Shown: piece by piece, positions 25,447 to 38,200 of the stretch
Position numbering within the stretch: the stretch's first letter is position 1
Layout: the number at the start of each line of letters is the position of its first letter
Origin: a virus
Taxonomy: Duplodnaviria > Caudoviricetes
DNA length: 64,000 nt
Reading direction: 5' to 3' (one strand)
IMG/VR virus record: IMGVR_UViG_3300044982_000010
Location: 145-64,144 of that record
Notes under the pieces: generated by a model
Databases searched by the model: none
What the model was told of the DNA's origin: nothing
What the model saw: the letters and a program-made list of their open reading frames with translations, nothing else
Translations under genes and position numbers: made by a program

Positions 25447-28400
25447 GCTCGTACTCCTGCGCTAACCCGCCCTCTTTTCTCGGCACCTTCACCCCCAGCA
25501 CGGTCTTCTCGCGTGAGGCATGCTTGGCCTTGAGCGCCGCGCCCACGCTCTGCCGCGCAGCCTCGTCCGCCTTCATCGCTTTCTGCAAGGCGAAATGCCC
25601 GGCCAGCAAGCGCTCGCGCTCGACGCCTGAGAAGCCCAGCATCTGAAGCAACTCGTCGCCCATCGAACCGGGCTGAGTGATCTGCTGCTTGCCCGCCATC
25701 TGCCCCTCGGTCGCCAGCCGGTAGGTCTTGAACATATCCTTCAGAGTGCCGGGCAGGAAGCTCTCGCCCGCCCGCTCGTAATCCCCCTGCTCGGCGTCAT
25801 GCAGAGCTTGCAACCACTCCACCCCCATGCCGACTGACGCGCCCGCCAGCGACTTGGCGGTGTAAGCATACAGATCATCTGGTCTGTCCGACGATGGCTC
25901 ACCAAACAGGAACCCAGCGTCGAACCCGGTGCGATGGCCCAAGCTAGGTCCGTACGGCCCCATCATCCCCGGTAGGCCGTCATGGATCGCCTTCGCCGCC
26001 GTCTCGCCAAGGTTACTCACCAGAGTACGGTAGAACCTGTCGTCCCAGTCGGCAGGGGAAGGCCCACCCAAGGCTTGCCCGCCCAGTCCGACCAGCTTGG
26101 GCAAGTCCATCGGCATGCCGCCCATGCCGCCCAGCGCCGCAGCGGTTCCCAGTTGGTAGGCCAGCGTCCAGCGCGCTTCGTTGTCGCCCGCGCCGCCCAT
26201 CTTCTCGGGCAGCGACTTGGCGATGTTGCGGTACATCATGATGGCGAGGTTCATCGGCTGCTGCCGGAACTGCATGATCGGGCGGATGATCGGGTTCTTG
26301 AACGCAGTCGCCGCGTTGGTAGGCGAGAACACGCCATGCGTCTGCTCGATCACCCGGCGCGAGTAAGCCAGCGCGTTGGCGTTGCCCGCATCCTTGCCCT
26401 TGTGCATGTCACGCTCAAGCCGGTAGGCGTTCAAGGCTGTGGACAACCTGTTGTTCGCCTCCATCGCGTCGGTGAATTGCCTGACGATGGCGTTGGTGCG
26501 GTCCATGCCGGAACCACTGAACACGGACGCATCGAAGGCGCTATGCAGATGCTCGGTTTCCCACATCTTCATCAGCGCATCGCGCTCGTCCTTGTGCTTG
26601 AGGCCATTGATCATGCGCAGCACCGGGTCCACCCCGTGCGCCATCGCCACCGCCTTGTCGATGTTCTGCTCGCCGCCCGACTTGTAGACCTTGACCCCGG
26701 CCCGCACCCCTTCCATCAGATTGTGGCCCATGCCGCCCAAGTCTCTCATCGCTTGGCGCTGGCCCTGTAGCGACTTCCAATAGCCGTGCCGCGCCGCCAT
26801 CATCGGCACCGAATAAATGTAGGGATGGATTTGCGACAACAGGATGTGCGACGGCCTTGCGAGGAAGTTGATGAACGCCCACGTCATCATCTTATGCATG
26901 AACGGCGAGGATGTGGACCCCATCGGGCTGGCGTCCCGGCCATAGACCCGGTTCATGTACTCGTGCGCGACGATGCTTCGTCTGAGCGCGTTGTCCGGGT
27001 CGACGCTGCGCATCGCTCGCTCGTGCGCGTCGAGCCGGTCCATCGCCTCGTTCAGTTCCGGCGCGTGCGACTGCCGGGCGATATGGAAGTTGATCGCCTT
27101 GGCGTAGGCATGCAGCCCCGCCGCCGTGTCGAACTTCGCCCCGGCCACCTTGCGGGCTTGGATCATGTGCGACGACATGCCGCCTCTGGACGAGAGCATC
27201 ATCTGCCGGGTGATATCCTTGAGGTGCTGCTTCTCCGCGTCGGTGAAGTTCTCATTGCTGTCGATCTTATGCTCGATGATCTTCTGATCAGCGCTGTTGA
27301 TCTTTGACCACGCCTGCTCGTCGCGCTTGTCCATCACCCCCGACAAGTTCTCAACTCCATCCGCCGCCATCGCCTGCCGGTTGCGCTCGGCCTCGGCCCT
27401 TGAGGTCGCAGTCTGGTAGTTCTGACGCTCAAGCGACACACGATATTTAGACGTGATATCCCCGACTGACGCCGCTTCCTCGCCGGTCACCCGCGTGATC
27501 TCACCAGTGGACGTGTCCTTGTGGTAATTGATCTCGCGCACCGTGGCTTTCATCCGGGTGCCGGTGGCGTAAGCGTGCGCCTGCGCCTCGGTGTCGAACT
27601 CGCGCACGTGGTCAGGGAGTTCCTCACCTGAGTAAGCCACCTCCTTCCCACCCTTTGGCATCGGGTAATAGCCGTTGACCACCTGCCTGCCATCACCACG
27701 TTGCGAGTTGAAGAACACGTCCTTGCCGTTCTGCAAGCGGTAGGCTTCGTGCAACTGATCAGCCACGCCCAGTTTCTCGTAGTGGGTCCAATCGGCCTCG
27801 GTCATCTCGTTGGTGCGGGCGCGGGTCATCACTTCGTCGCGAGTCGAACCCTTGGGGGCGGGGAACAACGGCAGCACGTTCTCCACGATGATCCTCGCCG
27901 CCTCGCCCTGCTTGTCCATGTAGTACTTCTTCTCGGCCCGGTAGCGCTTCTGAAGCTCTTCCGGCAGGTGACGATAGAGCGCCCGCGCCTCGTCGCCAAA
28001 CTTGTCCCGCTGGTAGTAGCGCCGCGCCGCATCCGCTGGGTTCTTCGGCACTGCGGGCGCTTCCCGGTCGGCATGGATATTGTAGCGTAGCGACATGTCC
28101 AAGAGTTTTGCGTAGTTGGGCATAGAGGAAGCGTAGGTCTTGTCCAACATGTAGCCGCGATTGATGATGTCCGTGTCCTTGCCCATCAATTGCGAGTAGG
28201 TGCGCGACACCTTGTCGCGGGCGTGGTTGATCGCCTCCAGAATTTTACCCCTAGCGTCCTCAAACAGATGCCCGTGCATGTCGTTCAGCCACGTCCCGCT
28301 AAGCAGCTTGGCGGTGCCGCGCATGATGCTGCCGCCCAGATTGTGGATCGTGTCCTTGCCGTACTGCTTCACCAATGTGCGGTCGATATCCTTGACCCGC

Positions 28401-31400
28401 GACAGCGCCTCCTTGGGCGAGCGATAGAACGCTTCTTGGTCGCGCTCGGGCGGCGCTTCCTGCCGCGCCCATTTCGGTCGCGCAACCCGATCCTCGCCCG
28501 CCTCCATCTGGCGTTTTGCCAATCGGCCTGTCGCCGCCATCAGGTCGCCCGCGCCGCGTGGATCGCGCCACATCAGTTGCTCACCCAGCGACATCGCTGC
28601 CTCGATGGCGCTCACATCGCGTGGCCCCAGCCCCAACGCATCGCGGATGATCGCCAGCGCCCCTTCCCACATCGTCATCTTGCGCCACTTGGAGATGCCG
28701 ATATCGTTCGCCAGTTGATCGCTGATCTTTACTCCCTTGAGTAACTCCTGCATCTTCGGGTGGGTCATCATGCCAGTCAGAAATTCTTTACGGCTGGACA
28801 GATAATAACCGATCTGACTGCGCTCCTTCGTCGTCATGTCGGGGAGGTTCTTCAGCACCTCGACCCGTAGCCGCTCCATCAGCTTGCCAAGGCCGGGATT
28901 CTCGGAGATCGCGATCTCGGTGGCGGCGTGGAACGCCTCGTGCAGGGGCGTGTCGGGCGAAATATGGTCGGCATTGAGAATAATGACCGGCTTGCCGTCA
29001 AGCCCTTCGGGATGGAACGCGCCATAGGTCACCTGTCCGGGCCGGTTGCCCATCACCCGGTTCATCTCGTCGTTGCTGAGATAATGCACAGGCGTGTCGC
29101 CCGCGATCCTGACCACCATATCGCGTAATTTACCCATTGCCTGCGCTGCGCCAGACGCATAGCGGCCTACCTTGTAAGTCTCCTTGATCGCTTGCTCAGC
29201 GTCGGTGGTGCGCGACGGGCGGACGTTGACCTTGCCCAGCGCGCCATCCAGTTGGATTTCCCCCTTGCCGGGCGGGCCTTCGTCCTCCCGCAACCCCTTA
29301 AGATAATACTCGGGGCCGACTAGCTCTTCCTCCTTGCTCCATTTGCCCCGGCTCTTGCGCACCTCGGTCTGGAACCCGGTCGCCTGCTTGACCGGTGTGT
29401 AATGCTCACCCTCTTCCACTTCGATGGGCGGACGCTCCTGCGGCGCAGTGCGCGTTTCCTCCCGCGCCAAGCGCTCACGCGCCACCCGGTCTTGATCCAT
29501 CAACTTGGCGCGAGCAGGCGAGATAATCTCAGGCTCAGTGGGAAGAGCGCGCTTCTTGAGGTCGGCTTCGGCCTTCAGCTCGGCTTGGCGCTTGGCCTCT
29601 TTCTCTCGGGCTTCCCGTTCTTGCGCTTCCTTCTCTTTGAGCCGCTCGCCCATCGTGCGCTTGGCTTCTAGGGCTTTTTCGAGTTCGCGCTCGTGCGCCT
29701 CGTCGGCTGTCTCTTCCGCCTCAGTTCCCTTGGTGGCTTCTACATCCTCGACGCCTGTCTCCTTCACTCCCTTGCCGCGCTCGGCGGCTGTCTCGCGCCC
29801 ACTCTGAGCGCGTTCGCCCAGCACTTCGTTGTAGGCGTCCTCGCCGCCCGTCAACAAGCGATGCTCGTTATGCAAAAACCGCATGTAGTCTTCAGTCTTC
29901 GCCTTGGCTCCCTTGCCCAAGAGTAATTTCGCTTCGTACAGGATCAGCGCTTTGTTGGAGTGCCGCGCCCCCTCGTCGGTTCGATGCTTGGCCTTCTGCA
30001 TCATCTCGTACTTGGAGGTCTTGGCGTCCTCCAGCATCTCCTTGAGGCGGGACATAAGCGCCGCCCGCGCGCCCTTGCCACCCTCTTTGGAGGGATCAAT
30101 CGCTCTGGCTTCAATCTCCTTCGACGGATGACGGTTCACCACCTCGTCAGCGATGCGGTTGTTGGCGGCTTGCGCCTCGTTGCGCTTCTTGTCCTTGCTC
30201 GGCTTCATCTCCTCTTTGGGCTTGATCACCTTGGCCGTGGGTTGCTCGGTCGCCACCCGCTCGGCGGCGGCGCGGTCGGCTTCCGCCTGCCGTGCGGCGG
30301 CTTCTCGTTCCTCAGGCGTCTCGCTACGAAGAACTCTTCCTTTGGGTTCGGCAGGGGGAGTTTCTTTCGCCAGACCGATACGCGCCGCCTCGGCGTCTGC
30401 CGCCTCACGGATTTTATCCGCCTCGGATTTCTCTGGGACGTAACCCTCAGTGCCGAAATATTCGTGGAACAGCAGCTTGGCGGTGTCCTCCCCCATCGGC
30501 ATCGGGTCTTTACCGGGGGCGACCTTGAGATAGGGCTTACCCTCCGGGTCCGGGTTGCGATAGAGTTTTATCCCAGCCTTGTTCTCAGCCAGCAACTCAG
30601 GCTCGGGTGGCTTACTCGCTTGAGTAACCGGCTCTTCACGCGTTTGTGATACATCCGTAGGTTGTACAGATGGCTCCTGTACTTCTGTAGGTTGTGCCTC
30701 CACCCCAGCCCCCGGCGCTTCTGCACGCTCGGGAGCCGGGGCGGGCTTTGCTCCAGCCACGGGAGAGGGTTCAGGGGCCTTCGCCGCCTGTGCGTCGATC
30801 TTATCACGAAGCGTACCGTCCTGCGCGGCAGCTTTGAGCGTGTCCTTGGTCCATTTGCTCCCTCGGCTATGGTCGTAGAGCACCGTGCCGCCGTCATCGG
30901 GCAGCTTGAGCTTGCCATAGCGCCACTTTTCTTGAGCAATATCAGGGACTTGCGCTCCTTTGGGGACGATCACCGCATCGCGCGGGTGGCTCGGGTCGAG
31001 AAGCTCGGCGTGCTGCTGGGCCAGCACGGCGGGATCGACCGGAGCCGGGGCAGGGCCGGGCGCTGGCTGGGGTCCAGTGGTCGGCTGAGAGGGTGATGGC
31101 CCGGCAGGGACTTGGGCCTCTGGCGGCCCTCTCTGTGGCTCCTGAGCGCTTTCTCCTGTAGGTTGTGCAACCGGAGGCGGTTGTACTACAGTCTCAGCCT
31201 GTGGTTTACTCTCTTGAGTAACGTCAGCAGGGGTAGAAATAGGGACGCTTTTTGTCCCCGCTTCTAGCGTCGGGTCGGCAAGAGGAGAAGTCGGAGGGGC
31301 TGGCCCAGCGGCAGTTTCGTCTTTGGGCGGGGCGGTCTTAGCTCGCTCCTTACTCTCAGTGGCGACCTGCTCGGGTGGCGTGCGCGGAACAGTAGCTTTC

Positions 31401-32242
31401 CCCCCTGTTTGGGTTGGGTCGCGATGTGCGCCGCTATGCGCCGCCTTGAACGCTGCGCCCTGCTCTGCTCCCTCTTCACCAGCGCCAATGATGGCGGATG
31501 GATCGTACTCTTTTCGCTTACCGGCAGCGATCTCAGATTGCTGCGATGCAGCTTCACCCCCTGCCGCACCCGCGCCGAACGTCGCCGCGCCTTCCGCCAC
31601 GCCAAGCGCCCTATCGACAATGGGCGTGGTGACGATCTTACCCGTCAGGCCAAGCTCGGGTATCAAACCCGTCGCCGCGCCAATGCCGAACTGCGTGAGT
31701 TTTTGTGCTGGCGTCAGTTCATAACCCTGTCCCACCGCCCGGTTCTGCGCTGTCCCGAGTTGCTGCCCACCCATCAGCCCGCCAACAACCACAGGAGCGA
31801 ATGGACCGGCTAGCGCCGCAGGCGCAGCTATGGCTGCAACACCGGGAGCCGCCTCGGCGGCGGACACTAACGGATGCTTAAAGAACCCCGGCGCTTGCGC
31901 GGCTGGCGTCATGCCCTGCTCGGCTTCACGCGCAGCTTGCTCTTGGCTAAAGGCGAAAGATTGCGTCGCCGCTTGTGGCGCACCCGGCTCCTGCACCGCC
32001 GCCACAGCGCCAGCCGCTTCCGCTGCTACATCATGTCCGCCAGCTTTAACACCCTGCCACACATCGCCCCATGTCGGACGCCCGCCCGCCGCCACATAAC
32101 CCGATACGCTCGCACCGGGGTCGGCAAGGAGAGGTTTGGTCAGGATATCATAGGGATCAGGCGGCTCGATGGGCGCAGTTGGAGGTGCAGACGGCGCTAA
32201 CGGCGTCATCAAGCTGACATATGGATCGCTGGCGTCAGCCAT
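25433..32242 (-). CDS. Giant internal virion/DNA ejection protein (2269 aa) with HExxH motif
   Basis: Position after the tail genes, very large size, YGAF...IILN...LHEAFHA zincin-like motif and helical C-terminus. Confidence 0.7.
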   Translation of the reverse strand: MADASDPYVSLMTPLAPSAPPTAPIEPPDPYDILTKPLLADPGASVSGYVAAGGRPTWGDVWQGVKAGGHDVAAEAAGAVAAVQEPGAPQAATQSFAFSQEQAAREAEQGMTPAAQAPGFFKHPLVSAAEAAPGVAAIAAPAALAGPFAPVVVGGLMGGQQLGTAQNRAVGQGYELTPAQKLTQFGIGAATGLIPELGLTGKIVTTPIVDRALGVAEGAATFGAGAAGGEAASQQSEIAAGKRKEYDPSAIIGAGEEGAEQGAAFKAAHSGAHRDPTQTGGKATVPRTPPEQVATESKERAKTAPPKDETAAGPAPPTSPLADPTLEAGTKSVPISTPADVTQESKPQAETVVQPPPVAQPTGESAQEPQRGPPEAQVPAGPSPSQPTTGPQPAPGPAPAPVDPAVLAQQHAELLDPSHPRDAVIVPKGAQVPDIAQEKWRYGKLKLPDDGGTVLYDHSRGSKWTKDTLKAAAQDGTLRDKIDAQAAKAPEPSPVAGAKPAPAPERAEAPGAGVEAQPTEVQEPSVQPTDVSQTREEPVTQASKPPEPELLAENKAGIKLYRNPDPEGKPYLKVAPGKDPMPMGEDTAKLLFHEYFGTEGYVPEKSEADKIREAADAEAARIGLAKETPPAEPKGRVLRSETPEEREAAARQAEADRAAAERVATEQPTAKVIKPKEEMKPSKDKKRNEAQAANNRIADEVVNRHPSKEIEARAIDPSKEGGKGARAALMSRLKEMLEDAKTSKYEMMQKAKHRTDEGARHSNKALILYEAKLLLGKGAKAKTEDYMRFLHNEHRLLTGGEDAYNEVLGERAQSGRETAAERGKGVKETGVEDVEATKGTEAEETADEAHERELEKALEAKRTMGERLKEKEAQEREAREKEAKRQAELKAEADLKKRALPTEPEIISPARAKLMDQDRVARERLAREETRTAPQERPPIEVEEGEHYTPVKQATGFQTEVRKSRGKWSKEEELVGPEYYLKGLREDEGPPGKGEIQLDGALGKVNVRPSRTTDAEQAIKETYKVGRYASGAAQAMGKLRDMVVRIAGDTPVHYLSNDEMNRVMGNRPGQVTYGAFHPEGLDGKPVIILNADHISPDTPLHEAFHAATEIAISENPGLGKLMERLRVEVLKNLPDMTTKERSQIGYYLSSRKEFLTGMMTHPKMQELLKGVKISDQLANDIGISKWRKMTMWEGALAIIRDALGLGPRDVSAIEAAMSLGEQLMWRDPRGAGDLMAATGRLAKRQMEAGEDRVARPKWARQEAPPERDQEAFYRSPKEALSRVKDIDRTLVKQYGKDTIHNLGGSIMRGTAKLLSGTWLNDMHGHLFEDARGKILEAINHARDKVSRTYSQLMGKDTDIINRGYMLDKTYASSMPNYAKLLDMSLRYNIHADREAPAVPKNPADAARRYYQRDKFGDEARALYRHLPEELQKRYRAEKKYYMDKQGEAARIIVENVLPLFPAPKGSTRDEVMTRARTNEMTEADWTHYEKLGVADQLHEAYRLQNGKDVFFNSQRGDGRQVVNGYYPMPKGGKEVAYSGEELPDHVREFDTEAQAHAYATGTRMKATVREINYHKDTSTGEITRVTGEEAASVGDITSKYRVSLERQNYQTATSRAEAERNRQAMAADGVENLSGVMDKRDEQAWSKINSADQKIIEHKIDSNENFTDAEKQHLKDITRQMMLSSRGGMSSHMIQARKVAGAKFDTAAGLHAYAKAINFHIARQSHAPELNEAMDRLDAHERAMRSVDPDNALRRSIVAHEYMNRVYGRDASPMGSTSSPFMHKMMTWAFINFLARPSHILLSQIHPYIYSVPMMAARHGYWKSLQGQRQAMRDLGGMGHNLMEGVRAGVKVYKSGGEQNIDKAVAMAHGVDPVLRMINGLKHKDERDALMKMWETEHLHSAFDASVFSGSGMDRTNAIVRQFTDAMEANNRLSTALNAYRLERDMHKGKDAGNANALAYSRRVIEQTHGVFSPTNAATAFKNPIIRPIMQFRQQPMNLAIMMYRNIAKSLPEKMGGAGDNEARWTLAYQLGTAAALGGMGGMPMDLPKLVGLGGQALGGPSPADWDDRFYRTLVSNLGETAAKAIHDGLPGMMGPYGPSLGHRTGFDAGFLFGEPSSDRPDDLYAYTAKSLAGASVGMGVEWLQALHDAEQGDYERAGESFLPGTLKDMFKTYRLATEGQMAGKQQITQPGSMGDELLQMLGFSGVERERLLAGHFALQKAMKADEAARQSVGAALKAKHASREKTVLGVKVPRKEGGLAQEYEHAYQ

Positions 32243-32281
32243 TGTTACTCACGCGAGTAAGTCGCCCGGTGATGGTAGACA

Positions 32282-35200
32282 TCATTGATTTAACTCCGGG
32301 TACAACTGCCTCTGTTCAGGCGGCATTTGCTCAACTGGCACACGCTCTGGCAATTTCAGGGATGGCCCCGGCCCTGCCGCTGGACGCCCGCCGCTCCAGA
32401 AATCAGGTCCGGTCGGCCCCGGTAGGGCGCGAGGTGGCGCGGCGGCGGGTGCGGCAGGCGCGTTTGGCGTCGGCTTCGGTTGAGCGTTGGCGAACTCCTG
32501 CTTGATACTGGCGATCTTATAACCATCCTGCCTCGGCAGGAACAGTCTGACGCCGGGGTCGCCTTGCTGCTGGTGAACGACAAACTGATCCAACTCCTGC
32601 CCGTGCCGGGTCACCGGCGTCGGCCTGCCGTCTATCGTGTACACCCCACGCGCCAACCCATCCACCAGATCATGCACGTCGCCAAGCGCCATATGCGTGT
32701 TCCACGTCACTGCATCGCTGGCGATATTAACCACTGTGGTCGCTCGTTGTAGACCTCCGGTGGCTGCGGCTCCGGGCGTTGGCGGAAGGTCGTAGGCTTT
32801 ACCCAGTGCTTGCGCCGAAGCGTGTTCATCCAAACTACCATCACTCTTGTACACGGCGTAGCGAGGCAGCGATGCCGTCACCGCCATCGGGGTCGTGTCC
32901 TTATAGGTTTCACCTCGTTGCGTTGGGGTTAGTGGCGCTTGCTCCTCGTAAGTCCGCGTCGTCCCTACGTCCGTGCGCTTGTTCTCCTCAATCTTAGCCG
33001 CCGCAGCAATTTGATCTTGAGTGCGCTTGTCTGCGGCTGCATCGGCGCGAGTCTGTTTAGTCAGGTCACGCCGCGATGTAATGTCTGAGGCGATATCACG
33101 TCGCCGTGCGTCAATATCGTCTTGCATCAATTTTTGGTTCTGCTGCACCGCCGCTTGGTACTGTTGCTCGCGCTCGCGATACGCGGCTTGAACTTGCGGC
33201 GCATAGCTCTTGAAAGTTACTTGATCGATAGGCGGCGGCGAGCGTAGCACACGTCCGCCAACGATAGGCCGCATATCGGCAGTGAAGTACTTAGCGCTAC
33301 CATCAGGGTTCATGTTCGCCTGAATAGGCACTTGCTGGTAAGCGACGCTATGCTCAAAGTCCACGTCCTGACTGCCCGCTGCCGGAATGTCGGCGGTGGA
33401 TGGCGTCGTCGGCGCAGCCGGTATGCCATGCCTCCCAGCACCGGGTACAGGCGCAGCCGCCGCTATACTACTATCGGAAGTCGGCGGTGGGGCGGCGGTT
33501 TGCGCCGTGGTCGTGTCGGGGCTGCGACCGGGCGACGGCGCAGGAGCCGTTGCGGCTGTCTCCGGGGATGCAGGCGCGGCTCCCGGTCCGGGCAGGGCAG
33601 GCTTACTCACGGGAGTAAGCACAGGCGGCGCATTGGCAGGGGCAGTTGGCGGCGCAGTTTGGTCGTCGTACGTCGGTCCCATCGCAGTAATCTGTTCGTT
33701 CGCTTGCGCCTGCGCTGCTTTATCAGCGTCTTCCTTGCCCTGCGCGATAGCGTTGGCGCGGCGGTTGGTTTGCGCTTCCGCGAATGTGTGATCATATTTG
33801 GCCGCTTGGCTCTCCAGCGCGTTCCACTGAAGCTTGCCGAGACGCCCCAGCGAGGTCGCCCGCTCAAGAATTTGCACCGCCGCACCCTGCTGCTGCCACA
33901 GCACTTGGCCGTTGAGGTTCTTGCCCTGCACCGTCACCGTCTTGCCGTCAGGGTTGAGCGTCATGTGAACCAGCCGCCCGTCAGGCACCGCGTCAGACGC
34001 TTGGTTGGCGTAGTCGATGGCCTTATGGATGTCACCGTTGTACAACGCCTTGGAAGCTTGGTCGGACAGGTTCTGCGAGGCGAACACCGAATAGTGCAGA
34101 ATGCTCGCAGCCAACCTGCCTGCGGTCGCGTCGTCGCCGCGCGCCATCGCCCACTTCCAACCCTGCTCCAATCCGAGAATGTTGCGATAAGAGGTCTGAA
34201 GCTCGTGGTTGGGATCGTTAATGTCGTTAAGCTCCTCCGCGTTCTGATGCGTAAAATACGTCGCGCCATCCGGGGAATTGGTGGCGAATTGCTGCCGGTT
34301 GGTCTGCGTGTCCGGGTTGGTGGCGATAGCCGGGTGCGCCTGCGCCCCACTCACAAGGCCCAGATGCTCGCCCAGCCAGTGCAACCCAGAAGTGATCGCG
34401 CCGATCAAACCTCTGGAAGGATTGCCAGCGTCGTCCTTGCCTTGCGGCATGGTCTGATCAGGCGGCGGGTTGTTGTCATGCAACTGACCCGCGCCCTGTG
34501 CGGGTTGTGCGGGTTGTGCAGATTGCGCGCTGATGTCCTGCGGGTTAATGTACCAACCGGGGTCTTTATCAGAAGTGGGCGTCGGCGGCGAGGCGGACTG
34601 CGCGCTCCCTGCATCCTCCCGCTCATCTTGCGCATCCATGAACGCCATGCTTTGCAAAGTGCCCATATCGCCAGCGCCGGGGTCCACCCCGCCGCCGTCA
34701 TCGAACGCCACCACGCCGCCGCGCGCCATCGGCAGGGAAGGGATAGCGCCAGCGGTGTACACTGGGGCAGAAGTCTGGGTCACCCCCTTGCCGACCGGTG
34801 CGCCCGCGCCCGCATAAGTCGCCGGGTTGTAGTAATAAGGCGGAATTTGCTGCTGACCGCCACCAGACAGGCCGGGCGGCATGCCCAACGCGCTCGGGCT
34901 GACATCGCCGGATTGATCCACCCCGCCGCCCATGTCGAAGCGCTTAGTTACTCGCTTGAGTAAGGGGCCTCCCTTGGCCGAGAGTATTGTGCTGTTACTG
35001 TTCTGAGTGCCGGAAATCTGGCCGGGAGAAGTTTGGTTGAGGAGATCGTTCGACCCTACACTGTAGTTGGTGCCGCCCGTGCTTGAAGTGTTGGCGAACC
35101 CAGCCCCGGTTTGCGCGTCCACGTTGGGATCGTAGCTCTTGGCTTGGATCGCATTGGGAAGTCCCGGCGCACCCGTGGTGGTGGTCGCCGTGGGGTCGAT

Positions 35201-38200
35201 GGTAGCGACATCGACAATGGGTTGGCCCTGATTGACGATGCTCTGCGGTGCAGGCGCTGGCTCGCTCAGAGGCGTCGGTGCAGTTGGCGCAGTCGGCCAG
35301 ACCGCGTTCGGCATGATGCTAAACTGAGAGAACGCGCCCGCGCCAAAGGGGTCGCCGCTTCCGCCTGCGGCGTAATAGGCGGAAGCCTGCTGCCCTTGCT
35401 GGCCCTCCAGCGTGACCGCTTGCTGTTGCTGATCGGCCCACGCCTGCTGATTGGGCGCAAGCTGACTCTCGGGCGTGCCTGACCAGCCGCCGCCAATATC
35501 TGGCCCAACATATTGAGGGCTGAAATAATATTGCTCTGCCGGGGTCCGTGACCCCTGATAGCCGACAGGGGTGTAAGGGACCGTGCCAGCGTCAGCGAAC
35601 TTCAACGTCGGGCGCGCGGGTATCCCGCCTTTGGCAAGCTTCTGACGAGGAATAGGCCCGCCCTTGCGCGACAGGATCGTCCCACCTGCACCGGAAATCT
35701 GACCGGGGCTAGTCTGTTGCAACAGGTCGTTCGACCCTACGCTGTAGTTGGTGCCACCTGCGTTCGACGTGTTAGCGAACCCGGCCCCGGTTTGCGCGTC
35801 CACGTTGGGGTCGTAGCTTTTCGCCTGCACCGCGTTCGGCACTCCCGGCGTGCCGGTCGTAGTCGTAGTGGTCGGATCAACAATCGTCGTCGCCGCAGGC
35901 ATGTTGGTGATGTTCTGCACCGAAGGCGGATTGATGACCGGCGCAGGGGCGGGCGCAGGCGCGGGCGTTGGCGCGGCAGGAGCAGGCGCAAGAGGTTGCC
36001 ACGTGCCAGCCAGCATCGCGTTATATTGCGACAATTGATCCGGGGTCATCTTTGACCAATCAGTGGTCAAAGTCTGCCCACCCGGCCCGCCTTGCCCCGG
36101 CCCATAGGATGTATAGTAGGGTGCGCTTTGCCCAGTGAGATCGACCGGCGTCATACCGGGTAGACCAGTCATATACTGATCCGCCGCTAACGTATTTCCC
36201 GATAAGCCGCTCGTAGGCGTTGCCGGGGCGGCTGGCGTATAGGATGGATATTGCGAAGATACCGGCGCAGTCCCACCGCCTTGCAGCTTGATCGTCGGAC
36301 GCGAGGGTATCCCTCCTTTAGCGAACTTCTGGATCGGCCCGCCCTTGCGCGAGGCGGTGGCGATGTCACCCAGATCATCTGGACGAATGGGTGGCATCGG
36401 GGCAGGGACAGACTGCCCGCCGCGCGCTCCTTGGCCCTGAGTGAGGACGATGTTGCCGGATGGGTTCATCGTCGGGCCGGGATACGGCGTCGGCCCGCCA
36501 CCGGGTGGCGATAGGATTTCTCCCTGTGCCGGTGACGAAGGCGCACTCGGTTGCACCGGCTGCGGCGCACGCTGTGCCAATGGCGGGTTTGGCCCCCACA
36601 AGTGTGACAAATCCAACGCCGTCGTCAAAAGTGCGCCGCCTCGCACATTGGTTGGATCGGCGTTGGGCCGGGCCACCGTGGTGAACATGCCGCCGCCCGG
36701 TTGGTTACTCGGCTGAATAACTGCGGGACCGGCAGGGGAGGATACTGGCTGAGCGGCAGGGGAAGGCTTATCGGCGTCAGTCGGCGCACCTACCGCAGTT
36801 TGACCCCGTACATTCTGTTGCGGTGGCATGTGGCTGTAGGTGAGCGGCAGGGTGGTGCGCCCCGGCCCTTCCGGCCCCATCTGTGAGGGAGGAACAGGCA
36901 CGGACGACGGCGTAATCCCCACGTTGGGCGGCGCACCCGTACGCTGGGGCGGACCCATAACCGGACGGTTTGGAATGGCCGAAGGCGTGATCCCCACATT
37001 GGGCGGCGCACCCGTTCTCTGGGGTGGGCCTTGCTGCGGGCCGGGTCCGTAGGGTGTCGTGCGCGGATCGAGGTTGGTGGTGGCGATGGCGTGCGGCGGG
37101 ATCGCCGGTCCCGGTCGCTGGTGAACAGAAGTGGCAACGCCAGAGGACGGCTGGTCGGAAGGTGACAGGGGCCTCGTATTGTACACATTTTGATCGGGCG
37201 GCGCATAAGGACTTTCCGGTCCCTCCTGCGTCGTTGGCGGCGGCGGCAGTTCAGACGGGCGGCGGATGGTGGTATCCGGTTCCGGCGCTTCGTGCGGGCC
37301 GGGAGGCGGCGGCTCATCCGCTTCTCTGAGACCGGGTGGCACATCAAACTGAGGTTGCGCCCGGTGCGCCTCCAAGTCCCTGCGCGCCTTCTCAGCCTGC
37401 TCGGGGGTCAGTGCGATGTCGGTGTCGCCCGCCACCTGATAAGAACCATCAGCCCGCGCCGTCGTAACCGGTTTAGAGGCAGACGACCCATCAGCTTGCG
37501 TATCCCCCGGCACTGCGCGACGAGCGCTGTAATTGGACAGCGGCACCCAGCGCTCGCCCACTTTGCCAACTTGAGCGCGTGGGATAACCCGACCCGACTG
37601 CATCGTGTAGCTGCCGGGCGTGCCTCTGGTATCCGTCTCGTTGCCAGCGATGATCTTGACTTCAGGACCATTCCGTCCCTGCCGAATTGGTCCCTCAGCA
37701 AAGCCGACATGAGAACCATCGTTGGCGACGATGACATCGCCTGCTTGAATGCCCTTCGACTCGACGGCGCTGCCCCACGTTCGGTAATCCCCGGCGACCG
37801 CCCCCGGACCCGTCTCAGTGCCGGGGCGCACCGTCGTTGGAATGGGCAGGCCGTTCTTATGCAGAGCAGCGCTGACGAAAGAGGCGCACCATGCGCTCTT
37901 GTGCGGATCGAGGTCTTGCCCGCCATTATGCAGAAAATCCATAACCTCCTGATGGTCAGGCACCTCGCCCTTACCCAACATCGACTTGGCGTCTTTAAGG
38001 GCGTTCTGGACTGCCGCCACCGCTTCCGGCTTCTTGTCGGCAAGCTCCGGGCTGTTCAACGGCGATTGCTGTTGTTGCTGGTTTTGCGCAGTCCGAATGG
38101 GCTGACTCAAATCCTGCGGCAGCGCCTTGTCATAGGCGACCGCACGAGCGATATGCTGTGCAAACGCCGGTATGCCGGGGCCACCCTCAGTCATGCCCTC

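Noticed and set aside
33332-34963. Long antisense ORFs (543 aa here; also 1292-2548, 16855-17763, 37190-38218, 49011-50141)
   Set aside because: These are shadow frames of real genes, expected in high-GC DNA. They are Arg-rich and lack recognisable motifs.
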